In this document: in pieces, positions 61,779 through 64,000 of the stretch
How positions within the stretch are numbered: the stretch's first letter is position 1
How the letters are laid out: each line of letters opens with the position of its first letter
Source: a virus
Lineage: Duplodnaviria; Caudoviricetes
DNA: 64,000 bases
Virus record (IMG/VR): IMGVR_UViG_3300035498_000732
Coordinates: 62,689 to 126,688 of that record
Reading direction: 5' to 3' (one strand)
Program-made: the position numbers and the translations under genes
The notes under the pieces: generated by a model
Told to the model about the DNA's origin: nothing
Database searches by the model: none
The model's input: the letters and a program-made list of their open reading frames with translations, nothing else

Positions 61779-62147
61779 TTTTCTTGAGTAAATATTGTTT
61801 TTCTTATATTGAACAGCTAATTAATAAGTCTAATATTTGTATATGGAGGTGAAATTTTTTAAGTTTCATAAAAAGAATCATTAGATATGCTACCTACTAG
61901 AATATGTGACATGATGATCATGCATATAAAATGACTCACCTGCACCGACTTTGCAGGTGGGCCTTATAGCCACAAAATACTATAAATAGGAGGTTTTATT
62001 ATATGGCTATTTATGTAGGTGTTAATGGAGTGCCTAAAGAGGTAACCGCTGTATATGTAGGTGTAAATGGTACTCCTAAAGAAGTAAATGAAATTTATGC
62101 AGGGAAAAGCAATAGCCCTGCACAAGTGTATAGTGCCGCTGCTGCGC
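61779..62147 (+). promoter_or_regulatory. Putative invertible expression segment: promoter motifs, RBS and constant 5' coding region
   Basis: aaca-gctaat-taat (61812), hairpin at 61935-61961, caca-aaatac-tata (61971), RBS aggagg, ATG at 62003; bracketed by inverted copies B and C. Confidence 0.75.
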
Positions 62148-63019
62148 CTGGGGAAACTGTATTTACGAGTTCTGGCACTTTCACAGTGCCCAAGGGCGTT
62201 AAGAGCATCGATGTCTTCTGTGTAGGTGGTGGAGGAGGTGGAACTCCACATTGCTATAGTGGAGGTGGCGGAGGGTACACTACTACTACAAAAGCGGCGT
62301 CGGTGACTCCTGGACAGTCTATTGCGGTGACTATAGGAACATGCAGTTATTTTAGTAGAAATTATGGAGGCCCCTACGAATACTATGCAAATGGAACAAG
62401 TACCAGTGTGGGAAGCATATGCACTGCAAAAGGTGGATATGGATCTAACCATGGATATTATCAATATGATTATTCTTGTAGCGGAGGTTCTGCAGGTGGA
62501 GTTAGTATAACATCTAAATATCCTGCTTATAATACATCTAATTATGCATTAACAGTTGGTAATGATGGAGGCTCAAATGGCGGCTTTAGTAAAAATGATA
62601 TACAAGGATATTACACTGATGCTAAATCTTTTAATGCTTACTTTAATGTAGTTTCCTATCATGTATCTGAAGGCCAAGGTACCACTACAAGATATTTTGG
62701 TGAGTCTAATGGAACACTCTATGCAGGAGGTGGTGCTGGCGCTGGGATAAATTTTTCATCTGGCTCTGTTTATATAAGTATGGCTACTCCAGCAAGCGGA
62801 GCTGATACATACGTATATAAATATTATACCAGAAGAGTTGCATATGGCGGTGATGGAGGTGGTGGAAACGGACAGTTATATAGCGATTATTCTACTGTCG
62901 TATCATATGCAGTACCAGGCTCAGCAAATACTGGAGGTGGAGGCGGCGCTGTTGGTAGTGCAGATACATATTCAGTTGGTGGCTCTGGAATTGCTATTAT
63001 TCGTTGGGGAAAGAAATAA
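62003..63019 (+). CDS. Expressed glycine-rich adhesin / receptor-binding tip protein (constant N-terminus plus cassette C)
   Basis: Repeated YVGVNG N-terminus, then polyglycine motifs alternating with Tyr-rich variable loops. Confidence 0.75.
   Translation: MAIYVGVNGVPKEVTAVYVGVNGTPKEVNEIYAGKSNSPAQVYSAAAAPGETVFTSSGTFTVPKGVKSIDVFCVGGGGGGTPHCYSGGGGGYTTTTKAASVTPGQSIAVTIGTCSYFSRNYGGPYEYYANGTSTSVGSICTAKGGYGSNHGYYQYDYSCSGGSAGGVSITSKYPAYNTSNYALTVGNDGGSNGGFSKNDIQGYYTDAKSFNAYFNVVSYHVSEGQGTTTRYFGESNGTLYAGGGAGAGINFSSGSVYISMATPASGADTYVYKYYTRRVAYGGDGGGGNGQLYSDYSTVVSYAVPGSANTGGGGGAVGSADTYSVGGSGIAIIRWGKK
62157..62232 (+). repeat. 76-bp cassette-head repeat, copy C
   Basis: Lies inside the expressed gene at the constant/variable junction. 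Confidence 0.97.
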
Positions 63020-63066
63020 AATAGAGAATATAATAGAGAGCGCTATTAATAGTGCTCTCTTTATTT

Positions 63067-63831
63067 TTATTTACCCCATCTTATTATTGCAACACCACTA
63101 CCGCCATATACATAAACTTCTGATACTTTTGAATAGTAGAAAGAATTTGAAGGCCCACCACCAGCTCCACCACCAGTTGCATAACTTCCATTACAGCATG
63201 CATTACCTCCGCCTCCTGCTCCTCCACTAGCGCCTTCATATCCTTTAACTAAAGAGTCGCCAGCAAAAAAAGTATCGCAATAAAGTCTAGCAATACCGCC
63301 ACCGCCACCTGCATAAAGGGTACCATTACTCTCTCCGAAGTATCTTGTAGTGGTACCTTGGCCTTTGCCATTTGGACTTGGATTAATAAATGCTGTAGCA
63401 CTTTCATATGTTTTATATACATATGTACTTTTATAATCTTTCCCATCAGAACCATCGCTACCGCCATTACCAGGTATAGTACAATATAATACACTACTAT
63501 CTCTACAATATACACCACCTCCACCTCCAGAACCGCCAAATGATATTGGTGAAGTGCCACTACTGTAATAGGCATACGAGTATCCACCTTTTGCAGTGCA
63601 ATATGACCCCACTAAAGTCTCATTACCAGCAGCATATGAACCAGCCCCTACTGTAACTGATATTTTACTTTTAGGAGTTACAGATATATTTTTAACAGTT
63701 TTAGTATAGCCTCCACCACCTGCAGTACATGCATCATAGCATCCTCCTCCACCACCTACACAGAAGACATCGATGCTCTTAACGCCCTTGGGTACTGTGA
63801 AAGTGCCAGAACTCGTAAATACAGAATACAT
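63067..63831 (-). other. Glycine-rich adhesin cassette D (lacks the constant N-terminus; weak possible own ATG)
   Basis: MYS-VFTSSG...AIIRWGK; only aagga upstream as a possible RBS. Confidence 0.8.
63749..63824 (-). repeat. 76-bp cassette-head repeat, copy D
   Basis: Identical to copy A, including the A allele and upstream tatt. Confidence 0.97.
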
Positions 63832-63870
63832 TTCAATCTTCCTTATTAAAAGGTAAAATAAAAAATGGGA

Positions 63871-63910
63871 AGAAATGGCCGTACTTCTAACGCACGGCCA
63901 TTTCTTTTTA
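63871..63910. terminator. Intrinsic terminator hairpin
   Basis: agaaatggccgt-acttctaacgc-acggccatttct plus T-tract. Confidence 0.7.
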
Positions 63911-64000
63911 TATGTAATAAAATATATTCATTTCTTTTTTTGGGGTTGGAATAAAAATATACATAATTGGAAATAATTAATATATAAAGAAAAAAAGAAG

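Noticed and set aside
59018-63824. CRISPR array or IS/transposon terminal repeats
   Set aside because: Repeats are coding, alternate in orientation and are separated by hundreds of bp; no transposase or target duplication
60049-63831. Diversity-generating retroelement
   Set aside because: No reverse transcriptase in the window, and the cassettes differ by indels and all base types rather than adenine-specific changes
59018-63831. Assembly artefact producing the inverted repeats
   Set aside because: Interiors are unique, boundaries fall at meaningful codons and copies carry consistent SNPs; cassette order could still be only one of several in the population
1-64000. Bacterial chromosome (rpoB, rpoC, groEL) or a recoded genetic code
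   Set aside because: RNAP subunits are split, divergent and mixed with virion genes; long ORFs tile the window under the standard code and TAA, TAG and TGA all end genes
1-64000. tRNA or rRNA genes
   Set aside because: No cloverleaf or T-loop signature seen by eye in intergenic regions; tRNAscan-SE would be needed to exclude them

Overview
AT-rich (roughly one third GC by eye), densely coding 64 kb segment of a jumbo myophage of the phiKZ/AR9(PBS1)-like group. Strong GGAGG Shine-Dalgarno sites and Gram-positive-type endolysins point to a Firmicutes host. Recognisable core genes: two subunits of a phage multisubunit RNA polymerase (beta, and a beta-prime half with DYDGD), a split family-B DNA polymerase, primase, GroEL-like chaperonin, probable major capsid protein, T4 gp21-type prohead protease, baseplate wedge/hub proteins and several peptidoglycan hydrolases. 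Main finding: the last 4 kb look like a four-cassette shufflon for a glycine-rich adhesin, with one constant 5' end plus promoter, four variable cassettes in alternating orientation and a 76-bp repeat at each cassette head. Next to it is an inverted pair of small genes with an identical T4-IP-like leader (..YIAE) and unrelated basic cores. The ORF track also misses a 442-nt ORF-less group I intron, a probable -1 frameshift after the hub/tail-chaperone gene, an AR9-like promoter motif (AACA-N6-TAAT) recurring across the window, a second TATATTAT motif and several candidate structured ncRNAs. All protein calls come from motif recognition by eye; no database searches were run.
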